Shown here piece after piece: positions 1 through 11,830 of a stretch of 64,000 nucleotides of DNA; the stretch's first letter is position 1; each line of letters starts with the position of its first letter. The position numbers and the translations under genes are program-made. The DNA lies in NCBI GenBank assembly GCA_050084985.1, contig JBITNC010000001.1, positions 124,992,001-125,056,000 of the forward strand. The letters are read 5' to 3'. The notes under the pieces are model-generated. The model ran no database searches. It saw only the letters and a list, made by a program, of their open reading frames with translations, and was not told where the DNA came from. The stretch comes from Nageia nagi (Eukaryota; Plantae; Pinophyta).

Positions 1-4
1 CTCC

Positions 5-2753
5 GTGATTCAGATTACAAGGAAAGGATGCTCATTTGAGTTTACCTCACACTCTTGGTGTGTTAAGAAAGGACTTGCCACTTTGATGAAAGGATCAGTA
101 AAGAATGACCTTTATATTGTGGATCAAGTACCTTCAAAGATTTGTCTTGCTACAAATGTTTGTTCAAAAGGTAATCTTTGGCATCAACGATTAGGACACC
201 TTAACCACAAGAGTATTCAAGCCATGAAAACTCAAGAACTTGTGGAAGGTTTACCTAATATTTCACCCACAGTTGGTCTTTGTGAAAGGTGCATTCTAGG
301 AAAGATGCATAGGCAAAAGTTTGAAAAAGATAAGGCAACTCGGGCTTCTTGTCCTCTTCAACTTGTGCATTCAGATTTGATGGGTCCTTTTCAGACTAAG
401 TCACTAGGTGGAGCTTCTTATGTTCTGACCTTCATTGATGACTTCAGTAGGATGACATTTGGTTATCTACTTGAGCACAAGGATCAAACTTTTGACAGGT
501 TTCAAGACTTCAAGGCACTTGTTGAAAATCAAACTGATTTTAAGATCAAAATGCTGAGATCTGACAATGGGGGTGAATATAATAGCAATGAGTTTAACGA
601 CTTTTGTGTTAAACACGAGATTAAGCGACAATTCACAATCCCTTACACCCCTCAGCAAAATGGAGTTCCTGAAAGGAAGAATCGCACCATTATGGAAATG
701 GCAACATGCATGTTGGGTAACCTTCCTAGTTTCTTATGGGGCGAAGCTGTACACACTACTATTCACACCCTAAATAGGTGTCCTACTAAGGCAGTTGAAG
801 GTAAAACTCCATATGAAGCATGGACAGGAAAGAAACCTAACCTCTCACACTTTAGGGTCTTCGGTTGTGATGCATTTGCCTTCATTACCTCAGAGAAAAG
901 AAAGAAGCTAGATAAACGATCAGAAAAATGCATCTTTGTGGGGTATGATAATCAGCATAGAGGTTACAGGCTCTACTCTTCATCCCATAAAATAGTCTGT
1001 GTCTAGGGATGTTAAGTTCAATGAACTTTCTGAGGATACGACCTCTCATGCTAAAGTGTCTGATACAGATGATTCTTCGCCTGCACCTAACTGGTTGGAT
1101 GAGCATGTAGAGAAGTCACCACAAGAGCAAAATTCTCCAGCACAGAGAATTACAAGAAGTATGACCTTGAATAAATCCTTATTTGCCAAAATTGATAATA
1201 TGCATGAGCCATCAACCTTCAAAGAAGCTTCCAAGCAAGAGTGTTGGATGGAAGCTATGAAAGTTGAGTATGAGGCTCTCATGAAAAATGAAACTTGGGA
1301 TTTGGTTCCTTATCCCAATGAGAAAAATGTGATTGGTAATAAATGGATATACAAGGTCAAGTACAATTCTGATGGAAAAATTGAAAAATACAAGGCAAGA
1401 TTAGTGGCCAAAGGATTCGCTCAGAAATATGGTATTGATTATGAGGAAACCTTTGCTCCTGTAGCCAAGATGCCTACTGTCAGAATAATTCTTGCTCTTT
1501 CTGCAGCTCAAGGATGGAAAGCTTTTCAACTTGATGTCAAAAGTGCATTTCTCAATGGGGACTTGAATGTTGAAATCTACATGAATCAACCAGAAGGATT
1601 TATTCCAGAAGGAAAAGAGACTCTTGTGTGTAAGCTAAAGAAGTCTTTGTATGGACTTAAGCAAGCACCTAGAGCATGGTACAAGAAAATTTCAAGATTC
1701 TTTGCAGATATTGGTTTTTCCAAATGCTTCTCAGATTCAGATCTATATGTACTCAATCACGGAAAAGACGTGGTCATAATTCTCCTTTATGTGGATGATC
1801 TTCTCATAACAGGCAATAATATTGAAATCATCCAAGAGTGCATCTCCAAACTCAAGGCAACATTTGAAATGACTGATCTAGGTCTATTGCATTACTATCT
1901 TGGGATGCAAGTATACCAACACAAAGATTGTACTTATCTTAGTCAATCTAAGTATATATCAGACATCTTGTAAAAGTTTGGAATGGCAGAGTGTAAATAT
2001 GCTGCAATACCTGTTTCTCCTAGAATCGTTGTATCACTGAGCTCAGATTCTCAGTTGGCTGATGCTACAGCTTATAGACAATTGATTGGTAGTCTTCTGT
2101 ATCTGACTATCTCTCGTCCTGATATTGCCTTTGCAGTGAATCTAATGGCACGATTCATGCAAAAACCATATGTTGAACATCTCAATGCTGTTAAGCAAAT
2201 CTTGAGGTATGTCGCAGGGACCAAGGATCTTGCTCTTAAGTATTCCAACGTGCCCTCAATTGTTCTCTCAGGGTTCTCAGATTCTGATTATGAGGGAGAT
2301 AGAGATGATAGAAAATCAACCTCTGCATATGTGTTTAGCATTGGTTCAGGTGCTATCTCTTGGGCTTCCAAGAAGCAACCTACTGTGACTCTTTACACCA
2401 CCGAAGCCAAATATCGAGCCATGTCTGTTACCACCCAAGAAGCTCTTTGGCTAAGACATCTCCTGAACCAAATTGGGTATAAGTAAAATGTCCCCTCTCT
2501 TATTTCGTCAGATAATCAATCGGCTATCTCTTTGGCTAAGAATCCTGTGTTCCATCAGCGAACCAAACATGTAGAAATCCAAGCTCATTTTATCAGGGAG
2601 AAGGTTCTAGATGACATCATACACTTGCAGTATTGTCCATCTCCTGACAACTCCGCTGATTTGTTCACCAAGCCCCTTCCTGAAGCTCAGTTCTGCAAGC
2701 TAAGGGATTCTCTCGGGTTGGTGAAGTTGCCCTCAAGGGGGAGTGAAGTTTAA
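5..2753 (+). pseudogene. Copia pol polyprotein (GAG-pre-integrase, integrase, RT, RNase H), disrupted
   Basis: Motifs: LWHQRLGH..C..C; integrase VHSD..FIDD..SDNGGEY..PQQNG.ER.NRT; RT YKARLVAKGF, QLDVKSAFLNG, LYGLKQAPRAW, LYVDDLL; RNaseH SDSD..DRKSTS, TKHVEI. Lesions: one frameshift near 995 and in-frame TAA stops at 1971-1973 and 2484-2486. Confidence 0.95.
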
Positions 2754-2808
2754 ACTTTTGTTAGTGATGACAACTTCACCTCTTAACCTCTTAGAGGCCC
2801 TTTTTTGA

Positions 2809-3101
2809 TTGTACATTCTAGACCTCCATGGTAAGTTTGCTCTGCGTGACAAACTTGGTGTACAATTGTTGTTATAGAGTGTTGATTATTTTATACCTCA
2901 GTGGTAAGTTTGCTCTGCGTGACAAACTTGTACATTTTATACCTCCGTGGTGAGTTTGCTCTGCGTGAGAAACTTATTGTACAAATTTTGAGCATGTAAT
3001 TAATATACCTCCGTGGTAAGTTCGCTCTACGTGACGAACTTGTTGTACATTCTATACCTTCGTGGTGAGTTTGCTCTGCGTGAGAAACTCGTTGTACAAT
3101 T
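2809..3101 (+). repeat. Five-copy hairpin-containing repeat array in the copia 3' UTR
   Basis: Core ACCTYNRTGGTRAGTTYGCTCTRCGTGASRAACTY starts at 2822, 2895, 2941, 3007 and 3056, with variable linkers. Confidence 0.9.
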
Positions 3102-3584
3102 TTATGCTCTATTTTAAAATCAACACATGTCTATATACAACAAGTGACTATGAGTGATGGCTTGGCATCTCCGTGATGGCTTATAGTGCACCATTGATCA
3201 GTTATTTATAAGATGGCATTATTTAATTCTCTTATTTGAATATATGATGCATCTAACTGATTTTGTTCATGAGTTGCTTGTAGCATGCAGGATCTTCTTT
3301 AGAAATGCAGGTTACTCACCTTGTGAAAGCAAGCTCATGGAGACTCACATGTCAGCTTAAAGTTGATCGACTACTATGTACAGTGAAACCAATTATGGTT
3401 AATGATTGTATTGTAAACCATTTTTGTCAAATGGTAATGTAGTGAGTCTCATACTAGTTCTCAAAAAGATTCTCAAAATATGTAAAAGTTCTCATCTCCA
3501 CTTGTATCTCTATGGAGGAGAACTCTCTCTTACTCTCTCTCTTCTCTCTTCTACGCTCTATCCCAATATTGCATTAAGGGAGAG

Positions 3585-4073
3585 TGTTAGAATTTGTAAT
3601 GAAATATTGTGAATATCTAAACTCCTTGTAAATTCAATTAATCACTTAAAGGTATGTAGATACCTTAAGTGATTAATAGAATTCTTTAATATGTAGAATT
3701 TGACTTTACCAAAGTGGGTAGTTGGTAGGTTGAAGTTTGGTGATAAATTTAATGTAACCCTAACCTTACCCTTGGGTTAAAGGAAGGTTAGGGAGGTGCT
3801 CTCAACCTATAAATAGAGGGCCTCTCCTCATGTAAACATATCTAAGTTTTGAGTAAGATTACTCTACTTGGTTGTGTAGGAGAGAGCTAGAGAATAGTTG
3901 TAAGAGAGACATAGATTTGAGAATAAGAGAACTAGTTGTGGATGTACTCCCAAGGAGGGAGGAACCACATTATATTGATGTGTTATCTTGAGTGATTGTG
4001 TTATCTTGTGTACACTTGAGTTTCCTAGTCTAAGGTCCTAAAGGATTTGTTTAGATCTAGTTCAAATCCTTCA
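3585..4073 (+). repeat. 3' LTR of the copia element
   Basis: Starts TGTTAG directly after the PPT, has a TATA box near 3808, and ends CTTCA exactly where an inverted older copia RT fragment begins. Confidence 0.8.
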
Positions 4074-4595
4074 ATTTCTTATCATCTCTATCTCCTCCAT
4101 AGTCAGAATATGAGAACCCTAAGAGAACAAATGATTGCAACTTGTAATATTTGAGAGTAAGATCCTTCATCTGTGCAACATACCTCAATATTTTCTTAAT
4201 AACACTGAGTTGCTCAACATATAGTTTTTGCATAAATTGTACATTTAAATTTACTACAAAGGTAATATTTGACTTGGAGATAGTCAAATATAGCAGAGAT
4301 TAGGATCACAACAGATTTGCACTCCTCCATTCCAAAATTTTGCAAGATGTGTAATATATACTTGGATTGACTAAGATAAGTACAATCCTTGTATTAGTAC
4401 ACTTGCATTCCAAGGTAGTAGAGCAAGAGATCAAGATCCATCATTTCAAACGTTATCTTAAGTTTGGATATGCACTATTAGATGATTTTATCATTATTTC
4501 CAATTATCATAAGATTATCCACATAAAGGAAAATCAAGATCACATCTTTTCCCTAATTGAGCACATATAGATTAGAGTTAGAGCAGCACTTGGAG
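4074..4595 (-). mobile_element. Older, degenerate copia RT/RNaseH fragment of a closely related family, opposite orientation
   Basis: Minus-strand peptide KILRYVAQMKDLTLKY..LGFSYSDYGGDRDDKK matches ORF 1983-2486. The reverse complement aligns with about 1760-2320, with deletions. Confidence 0.85.
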
Positions 4596-6961
4596 AATTG
4601 GTCAAATTATTATCTTGATTAAGTTTCAAGTTATCCTCCTAAGTTATCAGGATAATCACTGAATGGACATGTGAACATCTGATATCGCACACATGCCTAT
4701 CCACCTATATGGAGTTATGTCCATACCAACAAAGGATTTAGGGGCCATTAATAAGTATGGACTTTTCACCCTTTGGATTGTTGAATTAAAGGCTCTAGTT
4801 TGCCTTGTTCTCACCTTGTGGCTACCCAAACAAGTCATGTTGTAGAATATACATGTGGATGTATACATTTTAGGGGTACACTTTCAATATTTGCAATTTT
4901 ACAAAGATAAATCAAAGGTGCATAACATAAAGTAAAGTGTGTAAAATAAATGATACATCATCCAAGAATAATTAAAACCTAAGATTCCAATGTGTTTTGT
5001 TACAAACCCCAAGAAGATATCTTTTGCATAACATAAGTTTTATAATTTTGCACAAGTTCACTCAAAATTTTGCATAAGTTTACTATTTTTAAGTAAAAAA
5101 AAATCAAGTAAAGCCCCCCCTTTTTCTTTAAAAAAAAAATTAAAAATTTAGCAAAAAATGTTCCCTTTCAACATAGCATTGCAATTTAATCTTAGGAAAA
5201 GAAATTAACTTTTAACACTAAGGAAAAAATTGCCATATTTTCATTATAGCAAAAAGATGAATCATTCCCTTTGCAATTTGACCTTTAAAAAAAACATTAA
5301 AGAAAAAAAAAAAACTCCTGATACATGCATCTCCCTTGCAATTTTACCTTAGGATTAAAAGCTTTTACTTTTCTAAGGATAAAATTCAAAAAACAAATTA
5401 CCTTACACTTAAAGATTTTTTTTTCAAAGTGAACATAACTCTACATTTAATGTTTTTAGGCATTATGCGAAAAAATAACCTTAATTTTTAAGTAAAAATG
5501 CATTAAAAAATATTCCCCCCCTTTTTACTTTAAGAAAATGTTTTTCAAAAAATTATTCCTCATTAAAAAAATTAAGTCCTCCAAAATTAAAAATGTATCC
5601 TCATAAGTCTCCCTATGCTCATTAATTGTGAGCCTATACCCCCTTTTTTAAAGTTAACTTGTTGAACAAGGGAAAATGATGAGACACATTAAATTCAACA
5701 CTTGCCAAAGAAAGAAAGAATTCCTCTAAGACTCATATTTATGAAGAAGGTACCTACTAAGACTTAACTTGCAAGAAAGAAATGGTATTAATTATTATGG
5801 AGAATCCAAAATAAAACATATTGAAGGGGAGGTTACGAGTGGGAAAAGTGAGAGCAGGGTGTAAGCTACCACGTGCCACCCTAGCAGGGGCCACAAGCTG
5901 TAAGCCATCATGTGGTCAGGGAGGTGGGGGATGAGGGGACAGGACCATGTGGCCTAGTCGACTGTGTGCCCTCCCCCTTTACTTATATAAAAGATATATT
6001 GTATTTTTTTTAGTTTTATTTTTAATATGTTTAGAAAAAAATTAAAATATGTATTATTTCAAACAAAAAAGAATAAAAATGGGTGATAAGCTCAATGTCA
6101 AGGGGAAAAATGGTGAGGTCAAGTTGGGGAGGCACTGTTGCATAGCTAGAAAGGCTATTTGTGGCGTGATAACAAGCCGATGAGGGGGGATCAATATGTC
6201 CAAAGGGTGGGAGTGATGGATAAGTGTCACAGAGGGTAGAATAGATCATGGCAAAACATACTAGTGGCATGGCCTCACTAAGGGAGAGTGAAGCAAGGCT
6301 CGCTTAGTGCCACGGGTGGCCAACCCTAATGGTAGGTGCAACTATCAAAGGGGGGTTGTAGGGTGGAGAAGCCCTTTTTCATTTCACTACCTAAAAAGTA
6401 AAACTTTGCCTAGTTTTTTTGTTACATTGAAAATAAATGTAAATATTATTATTTTGAATGTTTTTTATTTAAAAACAAAACTTATATATATTTCTAATAT
6501 GCTCCTTGTTTATATATTTCAATAAATATTTTCAAAAGAAAGAGCCCCCTAATTCAAAAAAATATATATTTTGAAATAAAGAACCCTTCCAATTAAAAAA
6601 AAAATTATTATTATCTCTTTTTTTTAAGGAAACAAAAAAAAGCAAAGTAAAAAAATTGCAATTTTTTAAAACTTTGCAAAAAAATGCTTTCATATATATT
6701 ATTTCTCTTGACATATATAATTTTAATACCCAAAAATAATTGTAATTACTAACATAAAATTTGTTGATAGAAAACATATAGCAACAATATATTATGTTTA
6801 TTGAAACAATTTTGCTAAGGAATTGAACTAACATAGTCATAAAAAAAATGTTACTATCATAGTAAAAAAAGATTGAAAAAGAAGGATAGGAGATTATACC
6901 CTCATAAACCTCTTTACCTCACCAAATAATATGGAAGGAGTGGGATGATCCTTCAAAGCAA

Positions 6962-7502
6962 TGTTGAGGAGGAGCCTTCTCACCAAGCTATAATACCAAA
7001 TGTAAGAATTAAGACTAAAGATTTAATACCAATATGCCAAAGATTGTATAAAAGCTCTCTCAAACATCAATACTCAAAGCATGAACAATCTCACAAATTA
7101 ACACAAGAAATAAGTAGTTCCTCCAACCATGGAAGTACATCAATAACTAAGATCTTTCTCATTCACAAAGACAACTCTCTTACAATACTTATTTCTTCCT
7201 CTCCTAACACTAATCCTAGAGCATAACATTTCTTGAAATCTTTTTTGGTGTGTGCTCTCAAAGAGAGGGCCTTATATTTATAGGCCAAATTCCTCCCTTA
7301 GATCACCATTTTAACCACTATACAATGACATGACATGCTTCACCCTTTTACCCAAGGGCATGCTCATGATGAGGAGTGTAGGACAAGTTACATTATCATA
7401 TTCACATAAATACTTAAGGTATCTAGGGATACTTTTAAGTATTGATGAATTTACAAGAAGAACCTTACAAAACCTTACAATAATGCATTATACATTGCAA
7501 CA
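6962..7502 (-). mobile_element. Degenerate solo LTR-like sequence related to the copia LTR at 3585
   Basis: TGTTG...CAACA termini. The reverse complement of 7400-7502 resembles 3585-3680 (cttgtaaattca..cttaaa.gtat..tagataccttaagt). TATA box on the minus strand near 7280. No TSD found. Confidence 0.55.
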
Positions 7503-8029
7503 CATATAGCATATTTTGGAGAACCTTTCCCAACAATAACATACTCTCAATCACTTGTACTTCAAGGATTGTATCATTTCTATACTAATAAAAAATTTCA
7601 AACTTAGCCTTATCAAAATACATGTGATTTTTGCACCTAGAGTCAACAATCCAATCATTTAAGAAAGTGTGAGACCTGGAGTTAAGACCAAAAATAAAAG
7701 TATATTTATTATTCTTTTTTTTCTTTTCAAGTTGTTTATTTTTTCAATTCCTTTGCCATGTTGTTCTTTATTTTGCTTGTAGTCAATTTGATTCTTTATG
7801 ACCATATATGCCATAGAATTACAATTGCCATCAAATTTGGATTTGGATTTGGCTTTACTTGACTTGTCATGGCTATTCTACTATTTATTTTTACCTTTAT
7901 TAAAATCCTTTTTTGAACATGGCCACTTTGTTCTTTCTTTAAGATTGATAATTTGTTTGATCAATAGATGTTGCTATCTTTTCAAAGATAGATTTAAGGT
8001 CAAGATACCACCGATTGAGAATTCTAGGA

Positions 8030-10410
8030 TAAGATACTCAAAAATTGCTTTCAAAACTAGGTATGGGCACTATGAGTTTGTGGTATTACCTTTTGGGTTA
8101 ACTAATGCCTCTGCAACTTTCATGACTTTGATGAATAATGAGTATCGAGAATACCTTGATAAGTTTATGTTGGTATTTTTTGATGAAATCCTCATATATT
8201 CACAAACTAAGGAGTAGCATAACCATCATCTAAGATTGGCTATAGAAATATTGAGAAGAAATCAATTATATGGAAAATTATAAAAATATGAATTTTATGT
8301 CTCACAAATTTAGTAACTAGGTCATATCATCTCTACAAATGGAATCTAGTTGATCGAAAGAAAGTGGAAGCAATAGTGAGTTGGCCTGCACCAAAAAATA
8401 TGATTGAGGTAAGAAGTTTTATGGGATTAACTGGATATTATCAAATATTTGTTAAGTATATTTTAAAATAACCAATCCCATACTAGCTTTTGAAAAAGAA
8501 TAAGGTGTTCAAATGGATAGAAAATTGTGAGAAAGCTTTTGCGACCTTGAAAGAAATGCTTACCACAGCACCATTTTCATTATCCGTGATCCACATGGTG
8601 ATTTTGCAATATGTATAGATGCTTTACTAGAAGGTTTGGGTGGTGTGTTATCACATAATGAAAAACCAATAGCATTTGAATCCAAGAAATTGAGAAATCA
8701 TGAGTGAATTATGCAATTCATAATATTGAGTTGGCAACCGTAGTTCGTGCACTTAAGATGTGGAGACACTATCTTCTGGAAAGACCTTCAAACTTGAAAT
8801 AGATCATCAAAGTTTGAATTATTTGTTCACTCATCATATCTAAATGCCAAGTAAAGGTTATGGATGGAGTTCTTAGCCAATATGACTTTGGCATTGAATA
8901 CATTAAAGAAAAGGAGAATCAGGTAGCAGATGCCCTAAGTCGTAGATGACATGTTAATGCTATGATAAGAAGTTAGTTTGATTTATTTGATCAAGTGAAA
9001 GTTTGTAGAAAGAGGACCCATATTGTAAATCTAATCGAGAGAAATTATAGGGAAGGGTATCCCATCATCTCAAGATTTTGTTGAAAAAGATGGAGTCCTT
9101 TACTCTAAGTATAGATTAGCCATTCTAGAAAAGGGTAATTTGAGAAATTTAATCATGCAAGAAGCCCATCATCCCCATATGAGCACATATAAGAGGTATG
9201 AAAATAGATATAGTAGAATTTATATCTAGATGTCTTGATTATTAGAAGGTAAAGGTAGAACATCATCATCCAGGTGGATATCTATATCCACATGATGTCC
9301 TACATAGAAATGGAAAGTGATTTCGATGGACTTTATTATTAGTTTGTTGAAGACCAAGTTCCATCATGATTAGTTCTAGAATGGTTGATAGATTTTACCA
9401 AGGTAGCACATTTTATGACTGGCAATACCACTAATGATGATCCCACTGTGGTAAATAAGTTTGCCCATCAAATTTTTAATTAGCTTGAATTTTTAGAGGT
9501 GGTCATCTTAGATAGGGATTCAAAGTTCACCTCCATATTTTAGAAATCATTGCATAAGGCATTAGGAATAAAATTGAACATAAGTTCAACATATCATCCA
9601 AAAATAGATGAACAAATTAAGCTGTGAATAGAGTTCTTGAGGATATGCTCATAATGTACTAGCATGGAACAAAAGACTAAATGGGAGGAATACCTTTATT
9701 TAGGCAAATTTACCTATAATAATGATACCATTCATTTTGGGAATGGTCCCCTTTGAAGCTCTTTACGGAAGGAGATGCAAAAATCCTTTATCTTAGAATA
9801 ATTGAGAGGATTGAGTGATGATCAAGCCTAAAGTATTAAAGCAAATGGAGGAGCAACTTAAGTCCATTCAATGAAAGCTCAAGGAAGTTATCGATTGATA
9901 AAAGAGTTATGTTGATATTAAGAGAAATTCTTGTGAATTTTCTATGAAGATAAAGTATTCCTACAAGTTCAACCTATTAAGAGTGCATAAGTTACAAATG
10001 GATCTCCAAATTGTTGTTCTTGAATGTGAAAAAATCTATGCCTACAAACTTTCCTTGCCATCAAGTTCATTAAAAAAGCATGATTTTTTCATGTCTCATT
10101 GTTAAGAAAATATGTTGCTAATCCTTATCATGTGCTATATTTTTTGACTTATAGATGTTGAATGCTCAAGTTGTTAAAGTTCTCCCTATTAAAATCTTAG
10201 CTTTTATGACTAAGAAATTAATAAGTCGAGAGATTAATGAATGTTTAGTCTAATGGGAGAAGTATTATGAATTATCTTCCATTGGGAAGATGAATCTACC
10301 ATGAGAAAATAATTTCTTTATTTGTTTGAGTGATTATGTGAAACATTATTAAACTTTATGGTTTGTATTTAATAACATAGGGGATTATGTTCCTTTTAAA
10401 GAGGGTAGTA
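8030..10410 (+). mobile_element. Ty3/gypsy (chromovirus-type) pol remnant: RT-RNaseH-integrase-chromodomain, heavily decayed; PPT then LTR starting TGTAAC at 10411
   Basis: [36 protein letters not shown]; later ADALSR, ISMDFI and a WEDES-type chromodomain end; many stops and frameshifts. Confidence 0.88.
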
Positions 10411-11442
10411 TGTAACAACTCGCCCAATTTGCACCAATTAAGGCTTGAATGCTTTCAAGAATTTGAATGTGATTAATTCTATTTGTATTATGAGATGATT
10501 AATTATGAATGGTTATATACATCATTTGTGTCAATTAGATGTTGGATTCAAACTTTTGTGGCACAGTTATAGGTTGATTCAAGGTGGGATTCAAATTGAA
10601 CATCCAAGGGACCAGGGATGAGTTGGTTATGGGAATTGATTGGCAAAAGTGAGGAAATGATTAGAGTTTATTTGCTGACAACCATAAGATATTTGTAGAA
10701 CATATAGATGCATACCATAATTATTGTGCATAATATTTGATTTTAATGTTGTATGTGTGTGTTCACTAATAAATTTACCTTGCAAGATGAAGTGGTCGCC
10801 ACAAGTAAATGTTAGTGTTAAAAAATATCAAATGCATTTTGGAATATGTTTAGGAAATTAATTAACTACTTTCGAATGAGCCAAGGAATATTCCAATTAT
10901 TTTAATTTGAAATTTCACCAAGGCTTTTAATAGATTTAGGTGAAAAAAAAAATTTAAGGTTAAAAGGATTAGTTGTCATTTTTTTTTATGGTTACAAGGT
11001 TATTTTGGGATTTTGTGAAAATAATGGAGAAGGTATCCCCACACAATTTGTTTCCTTGTGTTAGGTGTATAAAATAATTGAAAATATTTTGTAACCTAAT
11101 ACAAAGTGACCAAATTATTTTGTATGATATAATACTTGCAAAAAAAATTTATTTGAGACCTACCACAAAAAAATAAAAGGCTTACACCTTCCAAACAAAA
11201 ATATACAAGTTGGATGAATAGTCACATTCTTGAATATATTATACCCAACTTTGAATATAAATATCTAGGTGGGTGACCATTGGAAAATACTTCTTCTCTT
11301 GTCCCAAGCTTGGTCTAATAGGACATGAAGGAAAAGAATATTCCCCTCTTAATTCCAAGTGCTCTTCCTAGCATTTTAGATATTAGTGCTAAGATGCTTA
11401 GGTAAGTTTGAATTTCATTTGATATTTTTTTTTTTTGAAGGA

Positions 11443-11581
11443 GGATATGCTTATTTAATTGCTTGTTATAATACTAAATGGAATTGTTTGTAATACCATG
11501 GAAAGTGTAGTAGGATATGCTTATTTAATTGCTTGTTATAATACTAAATAGAATTGTTTGTAATAACATGGAAAGTGTAGT
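11443..11581. repeat. Tandem duplication, about 69 bp x2
   Basis: ggatatgcttatttaattgcttgttataatactaaat.gaattgtttgtaata.catggaaagtgtagt occurs twice head-to-tail. Confidence 0.85.
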
Positions 11582-11830
11582 ATTTGTAATTATTTATTTT
11601 GAATGGTAGTCATGGGTGTAAAATTCGAGATGGTACTCTACCATGTGTTTAGATGTTTGAGGTAAATGTTGGGATTTATGTGGAATTTATTTATTACTTG
11701 GGAGTATATGGTATATTTTTCCCATAATGGATGATAGAGTCTAGAACAAAACGGAGTCATTTATTAAAAAGCTAAATTGTTGAAGGTATAGTCACGAGTG
11801 AAAACATGACATGTCCTTTTTGGAATAATG

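Larger units (their letters stand above)
1..4073 (+). mobile_element. Ty1/copia LTR retrotransposon, 3' portion (pol, 3' UTR, PPT, 3' LTR); 5' part lies outside the window
   Basis: Domains run IN-RT-RNaseH, the copia order. PPT AAGGGAGAG at 3576-3584 is followed by a TG...CA LTR at 3585-4073 containing TATAAATA. Confidence 0.95.

Noticed and set aside
2809-3101. CRISPR array
   Set aside because: Lies in a copia 3' UTR; the linkers are short, related to each other and variable in length.
4900-6900. Coding ORFs in the AT-rich tract
   Set aside because: Low-complexity A/T runs with no motifs; probably old TE debris.
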